64,000 bases of DNA from an uncultured Rivularia sp. (GCA_963665115.1 OY762007.1:7744001-7808000); one strand, 5' to 3'; positions 52,126-63,147 are shown, counted from the first letter of the stretch. The notes: generated by a model not told the origin, from the sequence alone. Translations and numbers: made by a program.

Positions 52126-53241
52126 ATGTCTTCTGCAATTAAAGTAAATCTGCCGCTGTCTTCTTATGAAATTCCAATTGTGCCATCCGGTTTGGATAAA
52201 CTGGGTGATTATATGAATAATTTGCAGTTGGGGAAGAAGGTGTTATTGGTTTCTAACTCGACGGTTTTTGAACATTATGGGGAAAGGGCGTTAAGTTGCC
52301 TTGAAGCTGCTGGTTTTGATGTATGTAAATGCATTTTGCCCGATGGCGAAAAATATAAAAATTTAGATTCTCTACAAAAAATATACGATACGGCTCTGCA
52401 AAATCGCGTAGAACGATCTTCTACGATGGTGGCTTTGGGTGGCGGCGTAATTGGCGATATGACGGGTTTTGCTGCGGCTACTTGGCTGCGAGGAATTAAA
52501 TTCGTGCAGGTGCCGACTTCGCTTTTAGCAATGGTGGATGCTTCGGTGGGTGGTAAAACTGGTGTTAATCATCCCCAAGGAAAAAACTTGATTGGTGCTT
52601 TTCATCAACCGCAATTGGTCTTAATCGATCCGGAAGTGCTGAAAACCTTACCAGAAAGAGAATTACGCGCCGGAATGGCAGAAGTGATAAAATACGGCGT
52701 AATTTGGGATGCAGATTTGTTTGCAGAGATGGAAAAATGCGAAAATCTCGACCAAATGAAATATTTAATGGCTGATTTGTCTAATGGAAAGCAGTCTTTA
52801 ATTGACTACATATTAACGCGCTCTTGTCAAGCAAAAGCTGATGTAGTTAGTAAAGATGAGAAAGAAGCAGGATTGCGAGCAATTCTTAATTACGGACACA
52901 CCATTGCTCATGCAGTGGAAAGCTTAACTGGTTATAGCGTAGTTAATCACGGTGAAGCGGTTGGGATTGGGATGGTAGCAGCCGGAGAAATTGCCGCGAA
53001 ATTGGGAATGTGGAAAGCAGAAGAAGTGCAAAGACAAAATGCTTTGATTGAAAAAGCAGGTTTACTTACTAAATTACCATCAGGTTTGGATATAGGAGAG
53101 ATAATTAAGTCGTTACAGTTGGATAAAAAAGTGAAAGCCGGTAAAGTGCGGTTTATATTGCCAACGCGGATTGGTGAAGTGATAATTACCGATGAAGTTC
53201 CTTCGGAAGTGATTCGCGAGGTGTTGCAAGAGATGAGTTAA
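52126..53241 (+). CDS. aroB: 3-dehydroquinate synthase
   Basis: [45 protein letters not shown]. Confidence 0.96.
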   Translation: MSSAIKVNLPLSSYEIPIVPSGLDKLGDYMNNLQLGKKVLLVSNSTVFEHYGERALSCLEAAGFDVCKCILPDGEKYKNLDSLQKIYDTALQNRVERSSTMVALGGGVIGDMTGFAAATWLRGIKFVQVPTSLLAMVDASVGGKTGVNHPQGKNLIGAFHQPQLVLIDPEVLKTLPERELRAGMAEVIKYGVIWDADLFAEMEKCENLDQMKYLMADLSNGKQSLIDYILTRSCQAKADVVSKDEKEAGLRAILNYGHTIAHAVESLTGYSVVNHGEAVGIGMVAAGEIAAKLGMWKAEEVQRQNALIEKAGLLTKLPSGLDIGEIIKSLQLDKKVKAGKVRFILPTRIGEVIITDEVPSEVIREVLQEMS

Positions 53242-53247
53242 GAAAGT

Positions 53248-53371
53248 GGGGATTGGGCATGGGGGATTGGGGATTGGGCATGGGGGATTGGGGATTGGGC
53301 ATGGGAAGATATTAGGAGTTAAAAGTTTTTATTACTCTTCACCTTTAACCTTTAACCTTTAACCTTTGACC
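53248..53371. repeat. STRR arrays (GGGGATT/GGGCAT, TTAACCT)
   Basis: Read directly. Confidence 0.85.
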
Positions 53372-54097
53372 TTACACCTCTTCCGGATTTACTCCCAACT
53401 CTCGCAATTTAGCAGCTAAACGTTCGGCTTTTGTGCGTTCTTTTTCCGCAGCAGTTGGAATTAAATCTCCTTGAGAATCGTACCATCTCAACCACAGCCG
53501 TTCGATACCTTGAAAAGTACCTTGCCACAATCCAATACTTAATTCTATAGAAGGTAGCCAAACGGGAGTTTTTGTAAAAGTTATTTCTTGATAGCGACCT
53601 GCGATGTTTTGAAATAGCTGTAAGTTATCGGTATAGCGGTCGAATATTATGTAGTAAGGGATTCGCAGGATTCGTTCGTAGACTTCCCATTTGGTTGGAG
53701 GCTGATTAACTTCTCGTAGGGTTTGTCCTAAATCTTCTTTTTCCGTACCGGGAGAAAGTAATTCGACTACAACTGTTGGATCTATTCCTTCTTGCCAAAC
53801 TACATAGCTTAATCTCATTTCTCGTTGTTGGTAAAGACGAGAAATTCCTAGAACAGCAAACCAATCTGGACGCTTGTACCATAAAGTATGGCGAGGGTCG
53901 TAATATAAGTTTAAGTCACTGCCGATAAAAACTTCGTCAGTCTCATAGCTTGGTGGTTGAAAGGTATCTGCTAACAGACGAGGCTGAAAAATATGAAATT
54001 CATCAGGCAAACCAGGTTCCCCCACATATTCGCTAGGAAGATCGTACATCGTGGGAAGTACTTCTTTGGGAGGACGAGGTGGATCTGTTTGGTACAT
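53372..54097 (-). CDS. Uma2 family endonuclease-like protein
   Basis: LPTMYDLPSE, RPDWF, VVELLSPGT, LRELGVNP. Confidence 0.92.
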   Translation of the reverse strand: MYQTDPPRPPKEVLPTMYDLPSEYVGEPGLPDEFHIFQPRLLADTFQPPSYETDEVFIGSDLNLYYDPRHTLWYKRPDWFAVLGISRLYQQREMRLSYVVWQEGIDPTVVVELLSPGTEKEDLGQTLREVNQPPTKWEVYERILRIPYYIIFDRYTDNLQLFQNIAGRYQEITFTKTPVWLPSIELSIGLWQGTFQGIERLWLRWYDSQGDLIPTAAEKERTKAERLAAKLRELGVNPEEV

Positions 54098-54186
54098 ATG
54101 CGCCTTCTGTTACCTATTAACTATAGGTTAGCGGATGAAGAGGGGATTTGGTGGGTTTCTTCCTAGAGTACGTGGTAGATTGTTTG

Positions 54187-54400
54187 TTAACTGTTATCCT
54201 GATAAACTTGACTTCGATGTTTTACCGTAATTACGGTTACACCAATAAGATATCATCAAAAATATCGTATACTACTCGATAATCTCCGACTCGGACACGA
54301 TATAAATTCTCTTCAGCTTGTATTTTTTTCACGACATTAGGACGAGGTTCTATTGTTAAATCTTTAATCTTAGTTTCGATGCGTTTTTGGATATCTGAAG
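54187..54400 (-). pseudogene. RelE/ParE-family toxin remnant
   Basis: DIQKRIETKIKDL..EPRP..VKKI...LYRVRVGDYRVVYDIFDDILLV, frameshift, then VTVITVKHRSQVY; no N-terminus. Confidence 0.8.
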
Positions 54401-54562
54401 ATTCCTCAACCGGAAGTATCTCGTTTAATGAAAGGAGAGTTTCAACGCTTTAGTGAAGGTAAACTCTTGGTGTTCTTTAAGCTACTTGATGCGAAAGTAA
54501 TTTTACATATTCGCCCTCGTCATCAGGAAAATCAATATAGCGAAACTGCAATATCGCGATAG
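54395..54562 (+). pseudogene. XRE/HTH antitoxin-like remnant
   Basis: LKIPQPEVSRLMKGEFQRFSEGKLLVFFKLLDAKVILHIRP; in-frame TAG at 54371 and no upstream start. Confidence 0.7.
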
Positions 54563-54691
54563 ACAAATAATCTTTTATTTTAGGTAGTCTTTCTGTTGTA
54601 GCAACTCCAATTTAGGTGGCTTTGAGGAGCGATGAAGATGAGTATGAAGGTGTGTTTGAAGAGCGAAAGCTACACATCTGTTACTTAATCA

Positions 54692-54717
54692 TGATAAAAT
54701 GTTCCCTACATAGGGAA
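54692..54717 (+). promoter_or_regulatory. Extended -10 (TGATAAAAT) plus palindromic operator TTCCCTA-CA-TAGGGAA
   Basis: Palindrome 54702-54717 just upstream of the DUF433 start. Confidence 0.6.
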
Positions 54718-54733
54718 TACTTTATTAGAAACA

Positions 54734-55264
54734 ATGAATAATATCTTTACTCCCACTGAAGCGGCTGCAATTGTTCAAATTCCAACTAAAAGAGTTTATA
54801 AAGAGTTAGAGTATGCGATTGTTCCTTCTAGTAACCCCCCACGACTTCCTTTTGAGGCTTTAGTATACCTCCGAGCATTAAAAGAAGTTGATTTTACATT
54901 TTCTGTTGATTTCCGAACTGTTTTATATAAACGTCTCGTAGATGCTATCGCTCATAACAGTACTTCTTTAGAAATCGCACGCTATTTTATATTGCAACTT
55001 GATGCGATTTCAAATGAACTATCAGAATTAATTAATCGTTTCAATCGTTGGAAGGAAGGGTTAGTAATAAATCAAGCGATTATGGGGGGTGAAACAGTGT
55101 TTTCCAATTCTCGCCTTACTGTACGGCATATTGGTACAATGCTCGAACGTGGCGAGTCTAAAGAAGTGATTCGAGAGGATTATCCTTACTTATCAGAGGA
55201 AGATATGGAATTTGCTCTTATTTATACAAGAGCTTATCCAGCTATTGGCAGACCAAAAAAGTAA
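54734..55264 (+). CDS. DUF433 domain antitoxin with N-terminal HTH
   Basis: FTPTEAAAI; IMGGETVF..SRLTV..I..G..DYPYLSEEDMEFAL.Y. Confidence 0.85.
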   Translation: MNNIFTPTEAAAIVQIPTKRVYKELEYAIVPSSNPPRLPFEALVYLRALKEVDFTFSVDFRTVLYKRLVDAIAHNSTSLEIARYFILQLDAISNELSELINRFNRWKEGLVINQAIMGGETVFSNSRLTVRHIGTMLERGESKEVIREDYPYLSEEDMEFALIYTRAYPAIGRPKK

Positions 55265-55647
55265 TGAAGTTTCTAGTCGATGAGGACTTATCACCATCAA
55301 TTGCACGTTACTTATGCGAAGAAATGCTGGTTGATGCTGTAGCTGTAAGAGATCGCAATTTACTTAATACACCAGATTATGAGATTTTAGAATATGCTTT
55401 TCAAGAAGAGCGCATTTTAATAACTGCTAATGTCAAAGATTTCGAGCGCTTCGCAAATATTCGTGAAGTTCATGCTGCTATTGTGTTGATTTGCGATGGT
55501 ACTTTACTACGTACAGAACAGATTGAAATGGTAAATATTGCTGTAGTTGCAATTTTAGCTGAACTAGAAGCCGGTAGAGATATGATTAATCGGGTTCTCT
55601 ATGTTGAGGCTGATAGAAGTTTAGAGTTTGAAAACCTGCCAATATAA
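55264..55647 (+). CDS. DUF5615 PIN-like toxin
   Basis: MKFLVDEDL, D.EILEYA, RILITAN.KDF; TAATG overlap with the antitoxin. Confidence 0.87.
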   Translation: MKFLVDEDLSPSIARYLCEEMLVDAVAVRDRNLLNTPDYEILEYAFQEERILITANVKDFERFANIREVHAAIVLICDGTLLRTEQIEMVNIAVVAILAELEAGRDMINRVLYVEADRSLEFENLPI

Positions 55648-55652
55648 AATTA

Positions 55653-56231
55653 ATGAAAAGTAATTTTTACAAGTGCCGATTTTTCTGGTGGTTCGGATTA
55701 AGTTTACTAATTGTGTTGATTGGGTTTATTCCCGTGAGGATAAATATTGCTTTTCGCCAAGCGCCAACTCCCCAGGCTATTTTTGTGTTGGGGGGTGATT
55801 TTGAGCGGACAAAGTTTGCTGGTGAGTTTTGGCAGTCTCGTAGGGATTTGGATGTTTGGGTTTCTGATTTTCCGCAGTATTTAGATAGACATAAACAGAT
55901 TTTGAAAAAGTTTGGTGTGTCTGAAGAGCGTTTTCATTTGGATGGTGAAGCGACGGATACGGTGACTAATTTTACAAGTTTGGTTGATGATTTTGCTGAT
56001 GATAATTTACAGCATATTTATTTGATTACTTCGGATTATCATATGCGGAGAGCGAGGGTGATCGCAACGGTAGTTTTAGGTAGTCGGGGAGTTGTGGTTT
56101 CTCCGATTGCGGTGGATTCGGGGAGGGATGAGGATGAGTCTTTGGTGCGGGTGGTGAGGGATTTTGGGCGTAGTTTGTTGTGGCTTTTGAGTGGGAGAAC
56201 GGGGGCTAGTTTGAATCCGGATTTGAAATAG
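55653..56231 (+). CDS. YdcF family (DUF218) protein
   Basis: N-terminal TM, VLGG, ATDTVTNF, ITSDYHMRRA. Confidence 0.88.
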   Translation: MKSNFYKCRFFWWFGLSLLIVLIGFIPVRINIAFRQAPTPQAIFVLGGDFERTKFAGEFWQSRRDLDVWVSDFPQYLDRHKQILKKFGVSEERFHLDGEATDTVTNFTSLVDDFADDNLQHIYLITSDYHMRRARVIATVVLGSRGVVVSPIAVDSGRDEDESLVRVVRDFGRSLLWLLSGRTGASLNPDLK

Positions 56232-57356
56232 CTAAGATTTATTGATTCTATTATCAAGTATTTCCTTATATACAGCTTGAACTTCAGTTACCATTCGCTC
56301 AACTATAAATTCCTGTACAAATTTTTGCCTACCAGCTTCACCCATCTGCTGACGCATTTGAGGAGAGTCAATCAATTTAGAGAGTGCATTAGACAATGCT
56401 TCTACATCTTCATGGGGTACTAGTAAACCTGTTTTTTCGTTTTCTATTTGTTCAGGAATACCATTTACTCTAGTTGCAACGACAGGTAAACCAGCCCGCA
56501 TCGCTTCAAGAATACTGATAGGAAATCCTTCGTAATGAGTGCTGAGGATAAAGATTTGAGATTGGGCTAATAAACTTGGAACATCAGTCCTATCACCTAA
56601 AAAGGAAACTTTATTTGTAATCTCCAAAGACTGCGCCAAACCTTTACATTCTTCCATCGATGTACCACTACCTACAAAATCCAAATGGAAATCGAGTTTT
56701 TTAAGTTTTGCAATAGATTTTAATAAAGTAGTTTGGTCTTTTTGTTCGTTTAAACGTGCCACCATTATTAGTCGTGGTGATTGTAGCGAAGCATTAATAA
56801 TAGGCACAGAAATGTCACTAACACCATTATAAATAGTAACTAATGACTTTTGAGTGCCAACACCAAATTTTAAAGCTAGTTGGTGATCGCTCTCACATAC
56901 ACAAATTATTTTAGTTGCTAAGGTTGCCAATAATTTTTCTGATACTAGCGCAATGTTTCTACGTAGTTTCGGTGTTCCGGGAGTAAACCCCCAACCGTGG
57001 GCTGTAAATACTGTGGGAATCCTGCAAATTGCTCCAGCCAGACGAGCCACTACGCCAGCTTTACTGCTGTGTGCGTGGATAATATCTGGTTTAATTATGT
57101 TGATTAATGAAATGCATTGTTTAACTGCTAAGAAGTCGCTAAATAAGTTAATACTACGAGTCAAGTTAGGAATCAGATGTACTCTCACTCCTAAAGCAAT
57201 TGCTTTCTCTGTAAGCTGGCCATTGATGGCTGTTGCTAAGTGAACTTCATAATCTTTCTGAAAGTTTGAAATTAGGTCGTAAACATTTCGTTGAGCGCCA
57301 CCCAATTCAGATTTTGTAATTATATAGAGTAATACTTTCTTGCCTGAAGAATTCAT
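56232..57356 (-). CDS. Glycosyltransferase family 4
   Basis: GGAQ, HAHSSKAG, QKDQ, EGFPISILEAM. Confidence 0.92.
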   Translation of the reverse strand: MNSSGKKVLLYIITKSELGGAQRNVYDLISNFQKDYEVHLATAINGQLTEKAIALGVRVHLIPNLTRSINLFSDFLAVKQCISLINIIKPDIIHAHSSKAGVVARLAGAICRIPTVFTAHGWGFTPGTPKLRRNIALVSEKLLATLATKIICVCESDHQLALKFGVGTQKSLVTIYNGVSDISVPIINASLQSPRLIMVARLNEQKDQTTLLKSIAKLKKLDFHLDFVGSGTSMEECKGLAQSLEITNKVSFLGDRTDVPSLLAQSQIFILSTHYEGFPISILEAMRAGLPVVATRVNGIPEQIENEKTGLLVPHEDVEALSNALSKLIDSPQMRQQMGEAGRQKFVQEFIVERMVTEVQAVYKEILDNRINKS

Positions 57357-57359
57357 ATA

Positions 57360-58187
57360 TTATACATCTTGTTCTTTTGAACCAGCTAAAAAACGGCGTA
57401 GGAAAGACTTTGACTCTTTGGGTAAATAGCCATAAGCGTATCTACCAAGGGGGTAGACTCCCATCCATAATGGAAGATTAAGTTCTCTAATAGCTTGCCA
57501 CTGAACGCTTGCTAACTTTCTTTGACGCTGAGAATATTTAAAAGTTTGATGCCAAAAACTTGTTGAATGAACCCAATGTTCCCCTAATGTTTCAGGTACG
57601 CTTGCAAAACGCCAACCAAGCTTGGCAAATTTAATCCAAAGATGGAGGTCTTCGATACCATACATATCAACATATCCTCCAGTTTGTTCCCAAGCTTTTT
57701 TTCTGTAAGTAACTAGTGTATTAGCAAAAGGAACACACTTTGCCATTGTTCGTATGATTTGTTGATGTTCTGTAGCTGGGATTCTTATATAGCGTTCCTT
57801 ACGATTTTCGTCTTCTAAAACGAAATTACATCCAACAATACCAACCTCGGGATGAGTATCTAGAAATTCAACCTGTAACTTGAGACGTTCTGGATAACTG
57901 ATATCATCAAAATCCTGATTAGCAATATACTCACCTTGCGCTTTTTCAATGGCGTAATTAAAAGCCTTAATGCGTCCTAATCTTCCACAGCGGAAAAACT
58001 TTACTCGCTTATCTTGACTTGCAATTTCCGCTAGCATTTCAGGGGTTTCATCTGTAGAACCATCATCTACAATAACCCATTCAAAATCAGTGTAAGTTTG
58101 ATTTAAAATACTAGGTATCACTTTATCAAAATATTTTTGACCATTATATACAGAAGTCACAACGGAAATTTTTGTAGACATTTTCAA
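57360..58187 (-). CDS. Glycosyltransferase family 2
   Basis: VDDGSTD, QDFDD, EDLHLW. Confidence 0.9.
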   Translation of the reverse strand: MKMSTKISVVTSVYNGQKYFDKVIPSILNQTYTDFEWVIVDDGSTDETPEMLAEIASQDKRVKFFRCGRLGRIKAFNYAIEKAQGEYIANQDFDDISYPERLKLQVEFLDTHPEVGIVGCNFVLEDENRKERYIRIPATEHQQIIRTMAKCVPFANTLVTYRKKAWEQTGGYVDMYGIEDLHLWIKFAKLGWRFASVPETLGEHWVHSTSFWHQTFKYSQRQRKLASVQWQAIRELNLPLWMGVYPLGRYAYGYLPKESKSFLRRFLAGSKEQDV

Positions 58188-58283
58188 TCACTCCAGAACA
58201 TAATATTTTATATACACAACAAAAATATATGACTTTAATATACGTTTTTTTTCTGAAAAAAAAATGTAATCAACTCTAAATAA

Positions 58284-59567
58284 TTAGGCTTTGCTAGAAC
58301 TTACTAGATTTTTCTTTTCTTTTCTTGCATACTCTAAAACACTTGTTGTTGTAGTTATTAAAATTAGTGTTGAAGGAAACCTCCAACGTTCAGCAGAACC
58401 AGCATTTTTAACTCCCGCCCCTAATGCAAGAGATGTGAATATTAATGTTATAAATATAATTTTTAATTCCTGACTTTTGATAATATTTTTTTTCATTTTT
58501 TTCCATGTTCTAAAACATAATATCAATAAAAATAAAGCTTGAATTGAACTACCTAATGCGAAGCCACTACGAACATCCCACAGCATGGGCGAGAAGGTAA
58601 AATATATAGCTTGAAGAGGTAAATACCAAACCCAATCTACAGGATTGCTAGGGTAGATACCTTCAAGATAATTTGACCTACCTCCTTCATTTTCTGCCGA
58701 TTCTGCAAGTCTTAGCACTTCATCCTGCAAATCCATCAAATTAGTACTGGTACTATATGCACCAATTCTTTGATAGACATTTAACATTGCTATGACTATC
58801 ACCACTGTCATAAAAATAGAAATTAAGTAAAGAAAGTTCCGTAGATACAAAGGAATCTTTGATTTCTTTATCTCGCTGAGTAAAGTAAATGATACTATCG
58901 GTATAAAATAAACGATGTAATGTGTTCTTAAAAAGCATCCAAATACAATACCTAAAATAGTAAAAATCTGAACCTTTGGATCGAAGCGCAATTTAACTGA
59001 ACTAACAATTCCTAGTAAACCAGCCATACCTAGGATAATCATTAAAACCGTAGGTGAAGTTCGTCCTAGTTCAATAGTGTAGCGCAGCCAACTTGGCCAG
59101 AACATAATTAAAAGTACTTGAGACTGAGTAAGTTTTTTCTTAAAGACAATTTTATTCAGCCATGATAATGGTGCAATAATCGCGACACCAAGAGCAGCGT
59201 TAGCAACTCTTATTACCCACAATCCTTGCTCCCCAATAGCATTGAATATCCAGCCTGGATAGAGAACTGTGTAAAAGGGAGCATGTGGTTTAATATCTTC
59301 TATAAATCCCGTAAAACCAATCTGATTAAATGCATTTAAATAAGGAAGGTAATCGCTAATATCACCCGTCCCAAACAGGAATGTTTGCTCATTAATAATG
59401 ATTAAACATATTCTTACGGTAAAACCAATAACGATTGCAGTAAAATAATTTTTATAAAATATCCTTGCCCAAATAAATAGTATTAAAGTAATTATTAAAC
59501 TTAACGATAAACTTAAAAAATCAATATTCATATCCGCTCTATAAATCACATAAAAGAGTTGAGTCAA
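58284..59567 (-). CDS. Multi-pass membrane protein, probable Wzy-like polymerase
   Basis: About 10 TM segments; NAGSAERWR motif near the C-terminus; inside a GT operon. Confidence 0.55.
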   Translation of the reverse strand: MTQLFYVIYRADMNIDFLSLSLSLIITLILFIWARIFYKNYFTAIVIGFTVRICLIIINEQTFLFGTGDISDYLPYLNAFNQIGFTGFIEDIKPHAPFYTVLYPGWIFNAIGEQGLWVIRVANAALGVAIIAPLSWLNKIVFKKKLTQSQVLLIMFWPSWLRYTIELGRTSPTVLMIILGMAGLLGIVSSVKLRFDPKVQIFTILGIVFGCFLRTHYIVYFIPIVSFTLLSEIKKSKIPLYLRNFLYLISIFMTVVIVIAMLNVYQRIGAYSTSTNLMDLQDEVLRLAESAENEGGRSNYLEGIYPSNPVDWVWYLPLQAIYFTFSPMLWDVRSGFALGSSIQALFLLILCFRTWKKMKKNIIKSQELKIIFITLIFTSLALGAGVKNAGSAERWRFPSTLILITTTTSVLEYARKEKKNLVSSSKA

Positions 59568-59569
59568 GA

Positions 59570-60634
59570 TTACTTTAATACATTAGAGCAAATCTTACCG
59601 TAAACATCTACAAATTTTTTAGCTATAACATCAAAGTCATATTCTTTTGGATAATAACTTATCCTCCCTACAGCCTCTTGAATACCTTGTGCTAGTGCTT
59701 GAGGATTTGCTGGAGGTACAAGTAACCCATTTACTGATGGTACATCTTCTACAAAACCACCAACAGCAGTAGCAACCACTGGAGTTCCGAATGCAGCAGA
59801 TAATAGTGGTAAGCTTGATTGTGTCGCTTGGTGATAAGGTAAAACACAAACAGATGCTCTCTGAAAAAGTAAAGCTACTTCCGCTTCTTGTAAGTAACGA
59901 TTGTGTAACTCAAAAACTTCTGGATTAGCTTTTATAGTTTGGAGAAGAGAATCCGGAAGTTGTCCAGGCCCAGCAATGATTACTCGCTGTTCTCCTTTAA
60001 GAAGTAAACCAGCTTCTACCAAATTATCTAAACCTTTATAGGCTTCTAACCTACCAAAAAATAAGGCAATGGGTTCTCGGGCAACTTCTTTTTGACGATA
60101 AAATGTAAAACGTTGGGCTAAACTTCCGTGTGGAATAATAACAATTTGTTCCGATGCTACACCCTGTTGAATAACTGTTTCTGAGAAACACTTGGAATGG
60201 ATATGCACTCCCGAGACTTGCCGCATAGTATATTTGCGGGTAAATGCCATTGCTGCATCAATAAAACTACCAGGATGAGGCTCTGGGTCGTGAATAGTCA
60301 TCAATATTGGCAGTTTTTTGAATTTTGCCCAGTGAACTCCAAATAAAGTCCAAGGGTAAGGATCGCCATTAACAAGATGTACTAAATCAGGTTTTACTTT
60401 TTCAATCTGTGTCCACAAACGCCAACCAAGATATGGATTCATTAAACGAAAAAAAGCTTCACGTTTATTCAATCCAGTTTGAAAAAAATGTACAGTTGCT
60501 TTTCCATGTTTTCCATCATAGTGTTGTGGAACGAAAAGGTGAATTTCTACCAACTCACTAAGAGGTTGTGTTAAAGCCTCAAGGTATTGACCCATTGCTC
60601 CTTTGACGGAAAGAGCTACCAGCGCAATTTTCAC
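59570..60634 (-). CDS. Glycosyltransferase family 4
   Basis: FFGRLEAYKG, PY..ATQS, VGG. Confidence 0.9.
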   Translation of the reverse strand: MKIALVALSVKGAMGQYLEALTQPLSELVEIHLFVPQHYDGKHGKATVHFFQTGLNKREAFFRLMNPYLGWRLWTQIEKVKPDLVHLVNGDPYPWTLFGVHWAKFKKLPILMTIHDPEPHPGSFIDAAMAFTRKYTMRQVSGVHIHSKCFSETVIQQGVASEQIVIIPHGSLAQRFTFYRQKEVAREPIALFFGRLEAYKGLDNLVEAGLLLKGEQRVIIAGPGQLPDSLLQTIKANPEVFELHNRYLQEAEVALLFQRASVCVLPYHQATQSSLPLLSAAFGTPVVATAVGGFVEDVPSVNGLLVPPANPQALAQGIQEAVGRISYYPKEYDFDVIAKKFVDVYGKICSNVLK

Positions 60635-61746
60635 TTGTTTACCCTCCCAAAAAGGTTTAGGTATAAATCGTAATAATGCTTTTTGATAATGCTAGGTCTA
60701 AAAGTCTCTGCTCTTTCCTGAGCCAACTCTGATGAATTTGAAAATTTTTCAATTATTTGCTTAAAACCATTGTGAAGTTCAGAACGGGGAACTTGTAAAC
60801 CAGCAGAACCGATAACTTCTTGCATTAATTCTGTATCAAGCGAGAGAACAGGTAATCCAACGGCTAAACATTCAGCTGCACCAATACCAAATCCTTCGTT
60901 TTCTGAAGGAAAAAGTCCAAAATCCGCAATTGCTAATAGTCCGGGAACTTTCTCATAAGGAACTGCACCTAGAAAACAAACATGATCTTCTAGGTTATGA
61001 AATTTAACAAACTCCATAACATTAGTTCTTTCAGGTCCTTCTCCTGCAAATACCACAAATATCTGGTCTCTTTCCTGGGGAGATAGTTTATTCAAAGCTT
61101 CAACAACTAGCATTTGGTTTTTGAACTTCATAAACCGAGCAATCTGCACAAATATCTTCTTATTCTTAGGAAATTTACTTAGGTAATCTTTTTCTGGCGA
61201 AGGATTAAGATAAAATCTATTACCTACACAGTTATATATTGTCTGAAAATTCGACTTAACCCCAGGAAAAGCTTGATTCATCGATTGACTAACTAAATTT
61301 GAACAGGTAGTACAAAATTCAAATGATGAGTAAACCTTAGTCAAAATCAATTTTTCAAACCAAGGAGCAGGTTTACGATAAAATTGATGCGTATAAATCC
61401 CTATTTTTTTATTGAGGAGATAGAAGAGTAAACATGCTGGATATCCTTGGACGTGAATTAAATCTATATCATTTTCATTAACTATTCTTGAAAGTTGTTG
61501 TACCGTTAATAGATTAACAAAAGTGTCTAGAATAACTTTCCATTTAGGAATACCATAGCCGATATTTTTAGTGCGAAGTTTCCAGTAAGGAATATTTATT
61601 TGTTTTAGCTTTGCTTCAAAAGGTTCTGAACTGTAGATTAAAGCAACTGATTCGTTTAATCCTGGTTGTCTTTCAGATAAAAGATTAATTAAAAGTGATT
61701 CTCCACCTCCAAAGGAGATAGGAGCGATTAAGTGAAGAACATTCAT
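60631..61746 (-). CDS. Glycosyltransferase family 4
   Basis: GGGE, KNQ, EGFGIGAAECLA. Confidence 0.9.
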   Translation of the reverse strand: MNVLHLIAPISFGGGESLLINLLSERQPGLNESVALIYSSEPFEAKLKQINIPYWKLRTKNIGYGIPKWKVILDTFVNLLTVQQLSRIVNENDIDLIHVQGYPACLLFYLLNKKIGIYTHQFYRKPAPWFEKLILTKVYSSFEFCTTCSNLVSQSMNQAFPGVKSNFQTIYNCVGNRFYLNPSPEKDYLSKFPKNKKIFVQIARFMKFKNQMLVVEALNKLSPQERDQIFVVFAGEGPERTNVMEFVKFHNLEDHVCFLGAVPYEKVPGLLAIADFGLFPSENEGFGIGAAECLAVGLPVLSLDTELMQEVIGSAGLQVPRSELHNGFKQIIEKFSNSSELAQERAETFRPSIIKKHYYDLYLNLFGRVNK

Positions 61747-61865
61747 TTGGATACCTCAATTAGTACAACAGCTACCAATGATAATATTAGTATGATTTGT
61801 AGAATCGCTGTTTGTGTAAAGAATAATCTTTTATATGAAATAAGTAAAATCATGATAATTTTTAT

Positions 61866-62945
61866 TCAAGAATCCTTAAGTAAATTTTGATAGATATTTA
61901 ATACTTCCATCCCTGTTACTTCCCAAGAAAATTCATTAATTAGTCGAGACTGTAGATTTTTATTTGAAGTTGATCTATATGCATTTAATATTGCTTTTCG
62001 TATTGACTCTACAGAATCAGGATTACAATAGTAAGCCTCATCAGCTAAATAATCATAAATCGCAGGATCTTTTACTGCGACTACTTCAGCACCAGCCATT
62101 CCAGCTTCTAGACTTGTTATACCAGGACATTCATTTTTACTGGGAAGAACGTGAACTTTAGCTGCTGTATAAGCAGAATATAATATTTCATCCGGAATTA
62201 CTCCTAAATAGTGAACCCACGATCTCTTTTCACACTCTTTAAAAAACTCGTCGCAATAATCTGGCTCATAAGGTGCGGGGTAACCAATAAACACAAGTTG
62301 AATGTCAAGATTTTCCAATGCTTTTATAACTTTTAATTGTCCCTTACGTTTACTAATGCGACCAACCATCAAAACAAAGTCTGTAATTTTATATTGCTCG
62401 ATAAAAGCATCCGCAGAGACAGAAGCAAGTTTTTTCTCAACAGCATAATTTATCACACTCATTTTATCTTTGTTGACACCAAAAGCATCATGCAAATATA
62501 GTAATTCAGTATTTGAGCCTGGTAAAATTACATCACAAACCTTAAAGAGACGTTGAAGATTGCGATAAGTTGTAGCGACGGGAATATTATTATCTAAAAG
62601 TCCCCAAGATTTCCACATCCAAGCTGGCGTAGAATTCGTTGCGATGGTAGACCAAACAACTTTAATACCAAATTTTTTTGCTATTTCGGCAAATGAGGCG
62701 AGTTCATGGGTATATCCAAACAGGTGAATAATATTATGGTCGTGTTGCTTTGACCAAATATCAAATAATTCTACTTTCACATTTAGATATTCTAGATGTT
62801 CTTTAAGTTTCTCCAAAAATCTCATATCACCAGTTTGCGTCCACATTCCTAGAGGAAAATAATGGTAAAAAGCTATCTTCATTTTTTCAATGTCATCCAA
62901 AGAGTAATCACTGAGTATTGGATTAATATTTGTATCCAGTGTCAT
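61866..62945 (-). CDS. Glycosyltransferase family 4
   Basis: VGRISKRKGQ, ECPGITSLEA. Confidence 0.88.
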   Translation of the reverse strand: MTLDTNINPILSDYSLDDIEKMKIAFYHYFPLGMWTQTGDMRFLEKLKEHLEYLNVKVELFDIWSKQHDHNIIHLFGYTHELASFAEIAKKFGIKVVWSTIATNSTPAWMWKSWGLLDNNIPVATTYRNLQRLFKVCDVILPGSNTELLYLHDAFGVNKDKMSVINYAVEKKLASVSADAFIEQYKITDFVLMVGRISKRKGQLKVIKALENLDIQLVFIGYPAPYEPDYCDEFFKECEKRSWVHYLGVIPDEILYSAYTAAKVHVLPSKNECPGITSLEAGMAGAEVVAVKDPAIYDYLADEAYYCNPDSVESIRKAILNAYRSTSNKNLQSRLINEFSWEVTGMEVLNIYQNLLKDS

Positions 62946-63147
62946 ATATTCTCTACTTAATTTACAGAACTATTTTAAGTCGATACATTATAAGCTAGCG
63001 AAATTTGTAATTACCATCAGTAAAACCGTCCCAGAACGTAATACTATTTACTAAAACCTGTTTTGAATCGATTCATCCACGTAGTCTGATTAGGAGTATA
63101 GTAACTAACTGTAACAAAAATAGTAAATATAAAATTCAAATTACTTT

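Noticed and set aside
52126..53241. Sugar-phosphate cyclase of a mycosporine or other secondary-metabolite cluster
   Set aside because: Canonical AroB motifs; no O-methyltransferase or ATP-grasp neighbours.
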